DNA of 62,555 nucleotides, filler included, from Choristocarpus tenellus KU-1152 (Eukaryota; Protista; Phaeophyceae), in the NCBI GenBank assembly GCA_964200185.2. It is 12 parts of 12 records of this genome, joined end to end, with 100 filler letters (N's around TTAATTAATTAA, not from the genome) between each part and the next. Parts side by side here need not be neighbours in the genome. Positions count along the whole stretch, not along the records: positions 35,024 to 44,188 come from CAXNAD020003925.1; positions 44,289 to 50,686 come from CAXNAD020008218.1; positions 50,787 to 55,097 come from CAXNAD020015170.1; 9 more parts are not named here. One strand, written 5' to 3'. The notes beneath the pieces were generated by a model, which saw only the letters and a program-made list of their open reading frames with translations, had not been told where the DNA came from and did no database searches. This document shows positions 41,401 to 54,118 of this stretch, piece by piece. The position numbers were made by a program, and so were the translations under genes. Every line of letters starts with the position of its first letter. The first letter of the stretch is position 1.

Positions 41401-43500
41401 ATGAGTTCAGTGAGGAGTTGCGATGCATCATCCATTTTCAGTTGCTAGTTCTTCTCTCTGCAGAGGCAAGACTACAGCGAGAGGTATGTTAGGGCAATCT
41501 TACTCAAAGCTGCAGTTACACCTGATTTAGTTGTTTATTCAGTTGCTTAATTCAACAAACAAGTATTTAATGCAACGGGCATCTGCAAACCCTTATCCTG
41601 TCTCCTGTGCCATGTGTGTCTATCCATTGAGTGTTTGAGGAAAAGTGATGTTCTTGCTGGTATCACTCTCGCACTTGCCTTATCCAGTACTCCCCCTTTA
41701 AAAAGTGTCGGAGTGGACAAGTTGTGCGTTGTGTACCTTAATTGGTAACAGATTACCATACTCCTGCTGTCATTTAGTTGGCATCAGATTGGTCCAACAA
41801 ATTCATCACTGCACAGTAAATGCTAAAAAAAAATGATGTCGAATATATGTTTTGGGATATAGATATGATTGTGAAAGATTGATATAAACGTAGGTGCTTA
41901 TGCATTGGCAATAGGTATAGCTGGGAAAGGGTTCATTCACACTAGAAATATTTTGTTCAAACGGAAAAAAATATTCACTGCACCATTGGCATGATGTAGT
42001 GCTTGAAGCATCATAGAAGCAAAGTTCAACTGATAGTGGTCATTAAGGTAGACTACAGATGTGGTGCTCAATCGAGGGACCAGCACAATCAAGGTAGCAC
42101 AGTATACATTGTCACCCAACAACAGTACACAAATCTCTCTCAATACCTTGGGCCACTGCATAGCATTGGCAGATGAGTGGCATGAATGTGCCCGTTTATT
42201 CATTATGCAAGAGTCTACAGGCTCTTTTGTCATCGACCATAAATCCACCACAGACATAAAGCACTCCAAAACAGAGTACTCAGTTAAAACGTGCACTTAT
42301 TATACTTCCTGAAAATATCATTTACCTTCGCTGTAGAGTTCGGAGGTGGGAGTTAGGCTCATTCCATAGGAAATACTGAGCAGGGAAGATTTAGAAGTGA
42401 CTCTGTACAACTCAGAACCGAAGAAAATTGAAAAGACATCAAGCATGTTGAGTAGTAATTCAAGCTCAAGAAGAAAATGTGCAAGGACAGCAAGCATTCA
42501 GCCCTGTTCCACCATGTCATTGCATTGCCGCCAGGCAACTTCACCAACATTTTCTCCACAATTACAACCACTAGCATCATATTATTTTCCTAGGTTCTTC
42601 TCCAGGCTCTGTGTTTCTGAGGGTTTCATCTTGATCCCAGTGGAGGTATTCACCCACTCTCACCCTTCATCCTTATTTCCAGGGTATCCTCTTCCGCAAA
42701 TTTCTTCGGGAAAATCACTTCAAGTTGCTTTCCAACAGGATTGTGCCTCCGAGGCACATTTTCAAGAGTGGCAGGTTCGAGACACAAAGTATCTTGGGCA
42801 TGAAGAGGAGTGGAGAATGGTTGAAGTAGATTGCAATTCGAGGGTTATGAATAGTTGATGTATTGTCCCCCACAAGCAGTACCCACACCTTGCCTATTTC
42901 AACCCTTGAAGTTCGCACAACCTGGGATATCATGAAAAACTTGGTGCTACTGCTGTTCACCCCTTCTCTGATCGGTAATACCCTATCACTTGGGGGCCTT
43001 GCTACTTGAATCAGTTTTGCCTCTATAAACATCAGAATGGTGGCAGTTTGGTTGGCAGGGCTAACCCGAGAGGAGAGGGAGAGGTTTCAGTTGCTCAAGA
43101 GCAAGTTCTCAGACATCCAGGTGCAGTGCAAGCACTTCTTCCTCCTCATGACTGCAGTCATCTCCCTGGAGGCATAGGCAGAAGGGTCACAGCATTTTAC
43201 CACATATTCCCTTCTATGTTCCTTGAGAGTTGTGTGTAAATCTCTCCTCTTGTCGCTTTGAACTATTATATGAGGGCAAGCACTACAAGGCAGTCTAACT
43301 GGTGCACTCACCTTGTGTATGACCAGATGGCAAGGGATGCGAAAATTGCTGCTGCTGATGCAGAAGCCGTGGAAGCAGCAAATGCTCTGGAAGAAGGAAG
43401 ACGAGGAAGGCTTGCTATGCTAGTGGACAGGCAGCGAGAGTCCTTCATGCAACGGAGGGTGGAACGTGCAGAAGCTTGGTCAAAGACGCTGGGTGTGCAG
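35475..43500 (+). CDS. DEK1: DEK1-like transmembrane calpain: multi-pass membrane region and start of the linker; protease domain not in this contig
   Basis: Exons include 35475-35640, 36438-36709, 37182-37377, 38481-38627, 39329-39496, ~39929-40075, ~40330-40488, ~41323/41373-41482, ~42682-42773, ~43015-43120 and 43327-43500. Spliced IMYFGPWVFPAYSYDAQTN...FYGLLVGVGWG resembles plant DEK1 IVVYSPRVLPVYVYDAHAD...LYGIALATEGWG. LLVLLSAEARLQREGILFRKFL and W...LTREERERFQLLK resemble the DEK1 linker. Exons at 40.5-41.4 kb are uncertain. Confidence 0.8.
37421..37679 (-). mobile_element. MITE family A copy with ATGG target-site duplication
   Basis: atgg|gagctaaagtatcttcgagggta ... taccctctaagatactttcactc|atgg; 259 bp. 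Confidence 0.92.
37728..37987 (+). mobile_element. MITE family A copy, inverted relative to its neighbour
   Basis: gagtgaaagtacattagagggta ... taccctctaagatattttgactc; the flanks share only ACA. Confidence 0.9.
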
Positions 43501-43857
43501 GTGATTATAGGAAGGAACCTCAAGTCATGTAACTCTGCCCATCAAAGCCTTGCATCGTGCCAGCCAAGACTTGGTTCTAATATTTGCTCCAAGGCCAATA
43601 ACAGATCATTCGGGGGCATGGCTCAACAATATCTACAACCAGATCATTTGGGAACATGGCTCAACAAAATATATAACCAAATCAATTTGACTACAGTGTA
43701 TTGATTGGACTCCTGATGCTGTCAACAATTAGAATGAACTGCATTGCTGTAGAATGTAGAGCTCTCTACAGGTGTGCCTCCATTCCCCTTGCCTCTAGAC
43801 CAATCACCACACCATCGTAGCCCAGAGATAATGCGATTTGAAGGTCATCTAGGGTAG

Positions 43858-43989
43858 GGACCAACCCAATGCCAAAGCTGAAGTTCACACTATAAATAGG
43901 ACCAACCCAATGCCAAAGCTGAAGTTCACACTATAAATAGGACCAACCCAATGCCAAAGCTGAAGTTCACACTATAAATAGGACCAACC
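43858..43989. repeat. Perfect 41-bp tandem repeat x3.2
   Basis: ggaccaacccaatgccaaagctgaagttcacactataaata at 43858, 43899 and 43940, with a partial unit at 43981. Confidence 0.97.
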
Positions 43990-44288
43990 ATCACCAACAG
44001 TGTTGTGACTTGAAGCATTTAATTGGCTCCAGCTCGATTCATTTGAATTACGAAACATCTAACTAAAATGTTCGGTTTTTCCGTGGGGGTTATCACAATA
44101 CAAACAAAAGTGCGACTAATGAACATGCTGGAGGTCAAAGAACCGCATATTCGTCTACCCACAACTGGGTCAAAGTATCTGGGGGGGGNNNNNNNNNNNN
44201 NNNNNNNNNNNNNNNNNNNNNNNNNNNNNNNNTTAATTAATTAANNNNNNNNNNNNNNNNNNNNNNNNNNNNNNNNNNNNNNNNNNNN

Positions 44289-47116
44289 CTCACCAGCTCC
44301 CAGACTAACCCCCCCCACATACACCTTCCTCTTCCCTGGACTCCCCTCCTCCCCCTGCCCCGCTGCTCTCTTTCTGCTCGGGAGCACCATTGGGCGAAGG
44401 AGAGACATGGCCCGACCACGACTCAATAACCCTGAACGCCCCCCCCCCCACACGCCTTCACCAAAACAAACCCCGCTGCTGCTGCCCCCAATCCCTTCAC
44501 CTTCCATCACTGTTCCACTAGCTGACCCTGCTGCACCATCTCCCTCCAATTTGTCACCACTGGTCCTACCTCTCCCCCCGTCCCCACCACAAAAAGCACC
44601 AGTAGTTTTAATGGATTGCCACCTCTCCCTTTTCCCTGTCCTAGCTTTACCATTTCTGAGGCTGAATTGGCCACTTTCATGACGGACACCGCTGCCCGCA
44701 CTTTTGTCTTCATCCCCCCCCCCCGGCATGCCATTTTCTGCGAAGGAAGTGGCCAGGAAGGCGTCTGCCTCGCAAATCAGGTCTGCACAGCGAATTGCAT
44801 ACTCTCCATGCTCCTTTCCAAGACGAATTGTCTCCTTATAGAGGCTTTGATCCTGTTGTGTAGGAAGGCAGGAAAGGAAGGGGTAGTGTTAAATGGAATA
44901 CAGAGAGGAGGTGATTGGAACAACAAAGGCCTTGAGGAGTTGAATATCGATGACTGGTATCTGCATTCATTTTGCCTTCGGTTGTTGCCAGTAAGCTTGT
45001 AAGCTTGAAATATTGTACATCTGTGTTTAACAGACCACCTGCCTCTTTGGTCTTGACCCATCCCCCTCCCCCCTTGGGAAATATTCCAAAACATCGAAAG
45101 CTTCGGAATATCGCATGTTCATTTTGTCTAGAGTCCCCCATTCATTCCTCTTGTACACAGGGTGTATCATTTTCAAATTCTATTATAGAGCTTACAACCC
45201 CAAAATAAGACCCTCACTGCAAATAAATTTGGAGGCAAAAAAAGGTGCCTCCAAAAAAATGTCAAGTTAGTCACTGGGAAATATCTGGGAAAACATCAAT
45301 GTATCAAACAAAATCTGTCAATCCGCGAATCCAACGGCTGGGGTTGACAGTTTAAGACAGAGCTTTCAAGGAGGTACAGCTGTGATCTTGCTTGAATAAC
45401 AGAGTAAAAAGCGCATCGCAATCACAAAAGAGTATCTCATCCTGGTTTTGACACAACTCTAACCTGAACTCTTAAGGAGAGCATTGCATACGACAAACGA
45501 TCTTTCAAAACCTTGCCTGGAGGAATGTAAGAAGTGATGAAACATACCTAACCCTTACTCTTCCCCCCCCCCCACATGCCTACACAGAAACAAACATATT
45601 TGTAGATGGTCATCCAATACACATATCCTATTCCAATGCCCACATTCACCTGCCCATTTAGAAAGTCCTGACGCTCCAGACGCTCTATCATGCTCTCAAA
45701 CAAGCTTCTGCTCAACACCAAGCCCGACTTTTCACTTCTCTTCCTCCCCTCAACAGGCAAAATGCCATCCATATCACCTCCTTTACTGCTGCTCCTCGGA
45801 TCCCCAATTGAATTAGCTAAACTTCTTCTCCCTACTGGTGTGGTTGCCACCACACCACCCCAGCCCTCAACGAAAGCCTTACCACCCTGACTTGGCCTCC
45901 TTCCTCCTCCACCATAACCAGAACCCCTGCTGCCACACCTGTGCCCCACCCCTTCCCCCCTCAGCAATTTCTTGGTGACCTGCATGAGAAAATCTTCATC
46001 CTCATCGTCCATATCATACTCAGATCCCTGCACCACATCAGAAGACCTGATAGGGCCAGTTGCAAGAATCTCAAGAAACCCCCCGTTCTGATTTTTATCC
46101 CCAACCCTTTCTCTCCTAGACACGCCCCCCAATCCAAGTCTCTTCGATCGGCCATCAATGTTGCGTCCTCGTCCCTTGTTTTCCCTCGCACCCTCCCAAC
46201 CGCTCACCCCATCGACACCCACACTCCCAGGAATGCTGCTTCTCCAGCGGCAAGTTGAGAATGAAGGAATGGGAACCTCACCTACTGGAGCTGTGGTGAT
46301 GTCCGAGTCAGGGTCAATTGTCCTGCCTCTGCGGGAGTAGTTTGCACCACGTGAGGCGTCTGAGCTCACCAGGCCTGTGAAAGGGTTCAGAGATATTGCA
46401 GTGATGTTAGATTGTACTAACCCTCCACCCCCAACTCTTGGTCTAGTTCCATCCCTTTCATCGTTATTGCATGCGGTGAGTGCCTCTAGGGATTCCACCG
46501 CCTCAGCGTATTCCACGGAGGAGGGATCCGCAACGGAAACCTTGACCATAACTGCACTTGGATCATCTCCAGCAAAGTGGACGGGTAGCTTGCGGCTTTC
46601 ATCAAGCGGACGCTCACGCACCACGCGAGGGCTTGCGATCCTTCTGACTGAGGGAGGTGGGGGAGCACGCTCTCTGCTCGTCGCAACCGACCGCTCCAGT
46701 GTAGTCAATCCATCCCCCACTCCATTTGGGAAAGCTATGTCGGGGTTCCAGCCGTGTTTGAGGGCAAGGTCACGCGCACGACGAAGTCGTTCCTCATTAG
46801 TGGGTCGCCCACGCTTCTTGCGGGGGGCTGGGGGGGTAGAGATGGTTGGGGAGGAGGAAATGGGAGCTTTGTTCCGACTAACGTTTTTCAAAACTGGAGA
46901 GTCCGTAGACCCCATTCTTGACCCAGCGATTGCCTTCCTTCGTCGTTGTACACAGTCCTCACTACCCCCAGGGACAGTTGCTCCAGCAATACCCTGATCC
47001 CTTTTCTTTTCAACAGCAATTGAAGGGTGAAGAGCGATCCGTGAAATCCGAGTGGAGCGGGGTCGTGGGCCTTTAGTACAATCGCTGAGCGGGTGCGGAT
47101 TGCCCATGGTTGGCAT
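44289..47116 (-). CDS. EPL1: Enhancer of polycomb-like (EPL1/EPC domain) protein with an N-terminal AT-hook, 5' part
   Basis: Exon 47116-45650 contains RERPLDESRKLPV (cf. RPRPLD..KKLPI), EVPIP, EYDMDDEDEDFL, LFESMIERLE and the AT-hook KKRGRP. The next in-phase exon 44852-44289 begins DQSLYKET. The start codon is uncertain. Confidence 0.8.
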
Positions 47117-48652
47117 GAAACGAAACAGTTTGCTTGCCTGTGTTACCCAGATACCTTTAAAACAGGGATAGATCACGGCCTTCACCACCAGCTCTAGTAA
47201 AAAGACTGAGGGCTATAAGGAGTTTCGACTACTTATTGGTCGGCCTTTCCCGCCTTACCCTGCTGTCTTTAGACATAGGAAGAGTGATCTGCATAGGCGA
47301 AGGAAGTTCCAGACCCCATCTAATAAACCAATCTTGGAAACAACTCCCGTAACACTACACTCAACTCTCGAAAAAGTCACACCATTCAGGGACCAACGGC
47401 CAGGTCCTTCTAAACCATATCTGTAATTATTAGATGCTAATTCGCCATCACACTATATAATAGTTAATCGACTTTTAACTTCTACTGAACACTATGACCA
47501 AAAGGAAAACTCAGACACGTTCACGAAATAAGATACAGGCACGGTACGTATGCTTTGGTTCTGAGAACCCTCGACTCTGACATGTTATCATCTCTGTTGC
47601 ATTTTTCTTTTGTTTATAATTAACAACATCCAAAACATCAATATCGAAACACATCAAACTCTATTCCAAAATGTACAGTAAGTACCCCCACGTGGACATG
47701 CGCGCAAAAAAACTTGGGAATGTGTTGAAACCGTCGTCCATTTCACATTTCACCATTCCTGTTGAATCTTCATGTTTGATACGTCAAAGAAGAAATAGGT
47801 ACATTGGTGTACTCCAGAACGCCTCAAACCGTAGTCGAAACCCAATGCTTCATCAAAGACCTAGTCCCCATATCCCTCCCTCTATAACCAACAAAGGGGG
47901 TTGGGGACCTGAAGATATAGGAGGGATATAAGGAAGTCAGGATTCGACCGAGTAAGTGGTTGGGGACGGCCACATCTCATGCCATCTCCAGAGGATGGTG
48001 ATGCTTGTAGCATCGGAGGGGAGGGACTGGAGGTGTGTAATCATCCATTCAAGGATTAGACCTCATGTATATTGAAGTAAAGGTACACTCTTATACAAAA
48101 ATTGAACATGTAGAAGATCGAAATGATGCTCCTTGAATGGGACTGTGAAGGCGGCTGACTGTCACATCGGGACCGTTATGTGAGGTATTTTTTCTTGGTG
48201 GAAGCCTTAAACTTGGTCCTTGAGGACAACTAACGAAAGTCGTACTCACAGCACATGACAGGAAATTGTCCCTCAGAGTGCTGCTCGTCAAGTCTTTAGT
48301 GTGTATCGTGCATCCTATTGTGGGATAAACGGCCAGGGTAGGTGTGTCACTTACAAAATTGCGTAGCTCAGTTGCATCCTAACTTTCACAACACGCATTG
48401 TAGTAGTCCATCGAAGGGTAATGCATATATACGTGTATGTGATTGTGTGTGATTGTGTAGGCACAAACTTGAACCGTAGATCCATAAGGACTGTATGAAG
48501 ATCCCTCCTCTTATGACATAGTCCATGTTGAAAGTGGCAATGCTACGCCCTGTAGAAATGCCCACGTGTCCTTTTCTCTACACCCTACACGATTATATGA
48601 TACCTCACCCTCTGCACCCCTTTCCTGCACCCCTTTCCTGCACTCCTTCAAG

Positions 48653-49153
48653 GACCCAACGACTGAGTTGAACCAAGGGGACACAATAATAGGCGTGACC
48701 CGGAGCTCAGGTCAGATCGATGGTGGCAGTAGGGAGGGTGAGGAGGGTGTGGCGGACAACATCGCCAGCAGTTGCTGCGGAGACAGTGATGATGGTGATC
48801 GCAGCAAAGATGATGATGCCAGTGAGGAGCATGGAGAGGGAAGCAACATTGAGATACTGGGAGAAAATGACAGAAATGGTCATCATGATGATAAAGTTGG
48901 CAAGGGTAAAATGCAAGGGGGAAGTGAGGGACGAAGTACTGATGCAACCATAGCCATCGGTGACAGCAACATCTGGGGTACCGAAGTGGACTCGGATATC
49001 ATTGCCAAGTGTACGGATGGAGGAAATGTGGGAGGTGTTTCTTCTGGAGGTGGGGGGTTGGAGCCGGCAGATCGTGTGGCGCAAATTCTCGAGATGGTGC
49101 CCGTCGATATGGACATGTTGAGGGCGATGGCTTGGGAGAAGGGCGGTTACCAG
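48653..49153 (+). CDS. Exon of a TBC1D20/Gyp8-like Rab GTPase-activating protein
   Basis: Acidic low-complexity N-terminus followed by LEMVPVDMDMLRAMAWEKGGYQ|gt, resembling the TBC1D20 D...LR.MA...GG(L/Y) start of the TBC domain. Confidence 0.62.
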
Positions 49154-49784
49154 GTGGGAACGAGGGGAGAAATCAAGCCGTCTTCTGCATTTGAGATTGT
49201 GATACATAAACGGTTTTGATCATTTGACAGCTGCCGTTGTAGGTTGAGATGGACATTATTGTTGGACAGAGAATGGTAAGGATTTCATGAGGAGAACCTG
49301 GATGCGTCAGGCAGAGGGATATTATAGGTACCACCTTAAAGAGGCCATGTCTTCCTCTTGCCTTCCTCTCATCAAAAACAACAACCTCAACACAAAGAAA
49401 ACCAAACAATTTTTTGAGATTTTTGGTGTTTTCTCCTGTTTCTCATGTTAGTGCAGTTAGTCGTATTTTATTTCCTCATCTTCAATCTGAATAAATCCTA
49501 ATCATAACACCACGTGGGCTTGCTCATTTCACTTTACCTCGGGCCCTTGTGTCTACTGTTGATCAGTGAAGATGCACAAAGGGAGGTCGAATTTCAGCTC
49601 AGAAAAAAAGGTAGTACTTTTGATCGTAAGTGCTGGTAGACGAGGTTTTTTGGGGGGAAGGGACGGGTTTTGCGCCCAGATCAGAGTTGAACCGGATGTG
49701 AAGCAAACACAAGCAATAATTGTTTTGATTTGGAAATACCAAAAACAAATTAGTAAAATGGATACATGCTGGAAGGAGTCTGTC

Positions 49785-49831
<47 letters not shown>

Positions 49832-49839
49832 AAATTAAA

Positions 49840-50400
49840 AAATCCTTCTGGTTCTTGAAGATACAAAAAAAGACGACCCGTTAAAATGTATGAAGCCCCT
49901 CCGGCACACCGCAGCGTATGGAGAACATGTCATGGCTGCCTGGAAGTGGTGAGGGTTATGATCAGCGTCGCCAGGATAGTCCTCACTGGCAAAGGTTTCA
50001 TCAATTTCTGTTGAATGCGGGCGCTTGGAATGGCGACGTGATGAGCTCAACCAAAACCTGTTGCCACAATAATTTTCTCTCTTTCACAAGAGCTTCATCG
50101 GTTGGTTTTGAATGTGAGAACTTGGAACTCGGCAACCGCCGTTGGTCTTGAATGGCACCACGGATTTGTGGGTTTTTGTTTAATCTTCTTCTGTTGCTGA
50201 CTACTTCCGTTGATTGGACAAGGCAAGAAGACGCCTTCCTGGATCGCTGCGGTGTTTTCACGACTGCAACCCATCAATGCTGTCGAAACCGACGGCTGTA
50301 CGCTTTGTCCTGGGCTCCATGATTTCCTCTGTGCCCTAGGAAAATCCGTACCTGCGCTAGACTCTTGCTAACGCAGTGATCTTGACACCTACCTACCGGG
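49840..50400 (-). mobile_element. Possible decayed Ty1/Copia pol remnant in an intron
   Basis: NPHHFQAAMTCSPYAAVC resembles the P.(T/S)(Y/F).EAM.SP.A..W motif preceding Copia RT; the rest is broken. Confidence 0.3.
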
Positions 50401-51049
50401 CTTGGATTGCGTTTATGAGATGCGTGTGATTCAACCGCCTCCTTGAACACATGCTTACCCGAACCCTAACCCTAACCCTAACCCTATGTTGTATGCTGAG
50501 GCTCATAGGTAGATTATCCGATATGTAGAGGATAGCCTGTACATTACAATGTTGTGATTTATGTCCAGCATCACAATGGACAGAAGGTAACCAAGGGTGT
50601 TCAGATGGCGAATTCCCCCCCCCCCCCACCCCAACAACCCCCTCCGGAACAGGGAAGAAAAAGGGCAAACCACCCCCACCCCCACTNNNNNNNNNNNNNN
50701 NNNNNNNNNNNNNNNNNNNNNNNNNNNNNNTTAATTAATTAANNNNNNNNNNNNNNNNNNNNNNNNNNNNNNNNNNNNNNNNNNNNCAAATGGACAGTCG
50801 TTACCCCCCCCCCCAGATACTTTGAGCCACAGTTCTACAACATATACTAACATTCTGGTGGTAGCACAAAAAGTAAAACAAAAAAACTTCCAATTTTTAT
50901 TGTCACTGTGTATTACTTTTAAAAAGCACATATTTCGAAGGGGTAGAGCTGAGTGTTCATTATGTGAAGGGGGCTGTGTCAAAAGTAAACAAGATTTTAA
51001 GCACGCTGAGAAATACATCCAAACTTCGACTTTTTGCACAAATGCTTGT

Positions 51050-51219
51050 GGGGAACGTTTTGAATCCTGTCTAAAACTTTCAAACAATTGAGAAATCAAC
51101 GCTCTCAAGTCAATCGTAGTACTTCATCCAAGGAAACATAGGTGAATGGCAAAATATGAAAGAAGTAGCTCTAAATGCAAAACGATCAAAGCCTGAGTAC
51201 CTTTCGTTTACTTTGGCTC
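51050..51219. mobile_element. MITE family C partial copy
   Basis: Ends ctgagtacctttcgtttactttggctc. The interior (ctctcaagtcaat...acttcat) matches 54640-54780. The left boundary is approximate. Confidence 0.7.
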
Positions 51220-51980
51220 ACTCAAGGTTGGAACAGAGGGTCACATGAGATTGTTCTGTAGGGGGTGATAGCCCCAGCACAGCAAGTGTGAGAGGTAACC
51301 CACTTCCACTGGCAGATTTGTTGCCTACACCTGCCTTCGCCACTTGCGTGCAAGTTGAGAGTCAACAGGTCCAAGAGGCGTTGGGTGTTCTGGACGTTTT
51401 CAGTTTCAAGATAGTTTCAACTTTGTTTGAAGAAGATAAAGACGTTAAAAAAAGGGAGGGGGGGGGGGGGGGGGGGGGGGGAGAAGGAAAAGAGATGTGC
51501 GCAAAACAAAAAAAAAAAGAAAAAAAAAAAAAAAAAACGAAAAAAACNNNNNNNNNNAGCTCATTTCTCCGGAGGAGAGTGGTCGTGATACAGATGGATC
51601 GACGGGTTTGGTCCGGAGTTGGTTGTGAGTAGAACGGATAAGGATAAGTTGCTTCCGCAAAATAAAGGTACACAGAAAGAAATGCAGTCAAAATGCACTC
51701 TATGCAGGCTGCGAACCGAGTGGTCCAAAACAATGTACCACCAGAGAGCCAGAAGTACCCCCAAAACTGATCGTCAAATTCCTGATGGGGTTACTTCAAC
51801 ACTGAGGATCGACATCTGGACCCGACCTATCTCAAAACTATTAGCACGCCTATTATCCCGTCCAAGACCTCCGCCCTACAAAACTTCTTCCTCTCTGCTT
51901 TGCTTCATCCCCTGCTCCCACTGTTCATTGCACTCACCCACTACCCATCCCCCTGTCTATCCTCGCTCCTCTCACTGGCA

Positions 51981-52098
51981 GCACCCAAGCTGTCCTCACT
52001 CAGCAATGTGACCAACACCAATTTCCAGTCGGTTACACAGATCATCAACGCATTTGAAGACTTCCTCCGGGCCGTACACAGCGCTGCCATTGCAGCAG
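51981..52098 (+). CDS. Possible terminal exon of an unidentified protein
   Basis: A pyrimidine tract with AG acceptors precedes ...NVTNTNFQSVTQIINAFEDFLRAVHSAAIAADSRSRK*, which looks amphipathic; no family recognised. Confidence 0.35.
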
Positions 52099-53858
52099 AT
52101 TCGAGGTCCAGGAAATGAATATGTGCCTTTCTATGACGATACCGTCTCATCACCTCGCCCAAAGTTTACCGTTGCACTTTCTGACCAAGTGTATTTCCTG
52201 CTGAGCCTTGTACCGGCTCCAAACGTATCTTCTGTTCTGGAGTTGCGTGCACTTACCAATGCCCTGGACTAGTAACAAAAAGGATATTTTCTTTTTGCGT
52301 TAATTTGACCTCTTCTTGCTGTGTGCGAGTGTGTGATGTAATTGTTTTTTCTTGACTGAAGGGGGTGTCACTCTTAATCGTGTCTCTAGTATGTAGCCTT
52401 GATTTCATCCTTGTATACCATTTTCAAGGAAGCGTTTTTTTTTTATCACCGAAAAGATGTTGAGATTTAATTGCTTCGAAACCTATGAATTGTGCCAAGA
52501 AGATTTGAGTAACAGATATTACAGGGAAGCTGAATGCATCTGGTTGATTAACAGCAATATCGAGGCCATGTGAACAGTTCAAATATTGCTTTTTCACACA
52601 TGATACTTGTCTCCCATCTCCACTTTTATGTCACAGAGACAAATGGTTTTAACCTTACTAGGCAATCGCTCTTGGCACCTCTCTTTCTCGATCATCTTTG
52701 CTTCCAACTAATCCAATAGTTATCTACTGCTACTGTGCCGTGTACTGTGTTACTTTCCCACAAGTGTAAGACCGACTTCAACCAACCAGAGCATTTTGGC
52801 CCATGCTTGAACTTGATCTATCTCCTAGACATCTGGGCATGCTGATTGCTTGCTATTGCTCTGCCTCAAATCGGCTGTGCTTTAATATCTGAGCCTTGCT
52901 CTTTCTCCTCTCCTTCAACTGCCTGCTCCTCGCCTATGAAAGAGTTGGGGGGGAAGGGGGGTGCTGCAGCAACAGCAGAAAGGAGAAAAAGGTGGGGCAA
53001 GTGCCACCTGGAACTGTTGTGAGAAATAAATGATATACTCAGAGTACATACATTCTTCGAACAACGTTGCACAAAGGGAAAATTCTTGTGTGTGTGGGAA
53101 GAAGGTCAGCAAAAAGAAAGATTCAATAGTAGCTGCCACTACAGTGAGCAACAACATCACATGGCACTAACAACAGGGCAAGAAAGTTCCAGGAATTGAC
53201 GACCCTAACAATTGGTTGATACTTACCCAGGGTTGGGATTAGGTAAGATTGATTACGATACAAACAATCCACCAAGAATTGTGCGTTGATCACACTATAC
53301 AAATCAAAAGGTGTTACTTTGCTGTTATTGCTTGCCATCCGTGCTATCACCATTGTTCCGATCAATGACTGCATCGTGATAATAGGCAATAAAAGTGTAG
53401 TCATTATTGACAATAATAATAGTTAGAAGTAGTAGTAGCAACCATAAAAACATTGAGAGCATTGCGAACAATAAAAATAATGTAAAAAATATTTGACAAG
53501 AGTACAAGAATGCAGAATGGAGAAAAGGCGGCAATTTTTTTCTCCAACAAGAACAAGCCTTCAGTGTTTCTCATCCAGTACACCAAGAATATGATCCACA
53601 AATTATACATTAAAAAACATTAAAAAATCAACGTCTAAAACAAGGCCAATAGAAAACAGGTTCAGCAGTAGGAGGGAGTATGCCTCTGTGAAGCTGTACA
53701 AGTTTCTTTGGACTGTTGATCACTACTAGCCCCAATAGCAACACCAATCGACTATCCACCATTACCATTGGCCTTGGATACCTAGAGGTGTCCTAGATAC
53801 GTGGTGTTGCCTGTTCATCGTTGGGGTGGCCCTAACTCACAGACCACCAGAGCATGTT

Positions 53859-54118
53859 GAGTGAAAATATCGTAGAGGGTACGAATTTTGCCCTGTTTGT
53901 CCATTTGGTGCTTGGCTACTCATGTTTTTGTTAAATGAGATTTTCCAACTCCAAAATGTTTCGGAGTAGGTAAAATGTTTACGTTATGAAAAGGTGTGTC
54001 CAGAACAAGGATGTTGACACTTCCTAACATACGTAATAGCCAAAATTACATCCAAATCGCGACAGTGGATTTTGGCCCCCAAATGGATGCGACCCTACCC
54101 TCTAAGATACTTTGGGTC
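53859..54118 (+). mobile_element. MITE family A copy
   Basis: gagtgaaaatatcgtagagggta ... taccctctaagatactttgggtc; no clear TSD. Confidence 0.9.

Noticed and set aside
46377-46997. 206-aa plus-strand ORF, and similar antisense ORFs at 7250-7762 and 48707-49207
   Set aside because: They are antisense shadows of real GC-rich exons on the opposite strand.
327-47116. Apparent cluster of chromatin genes (Snf2, Sin3, EPL1) and ubiquitin-related genes
   Set aside because: Each lies on a different contig joined artificially, so there is no evidence of linkage.
22941-50485. TTAGGG tracts as chromosome ends
   Set aside because: They are only 3-4 units long and internal to contigs.
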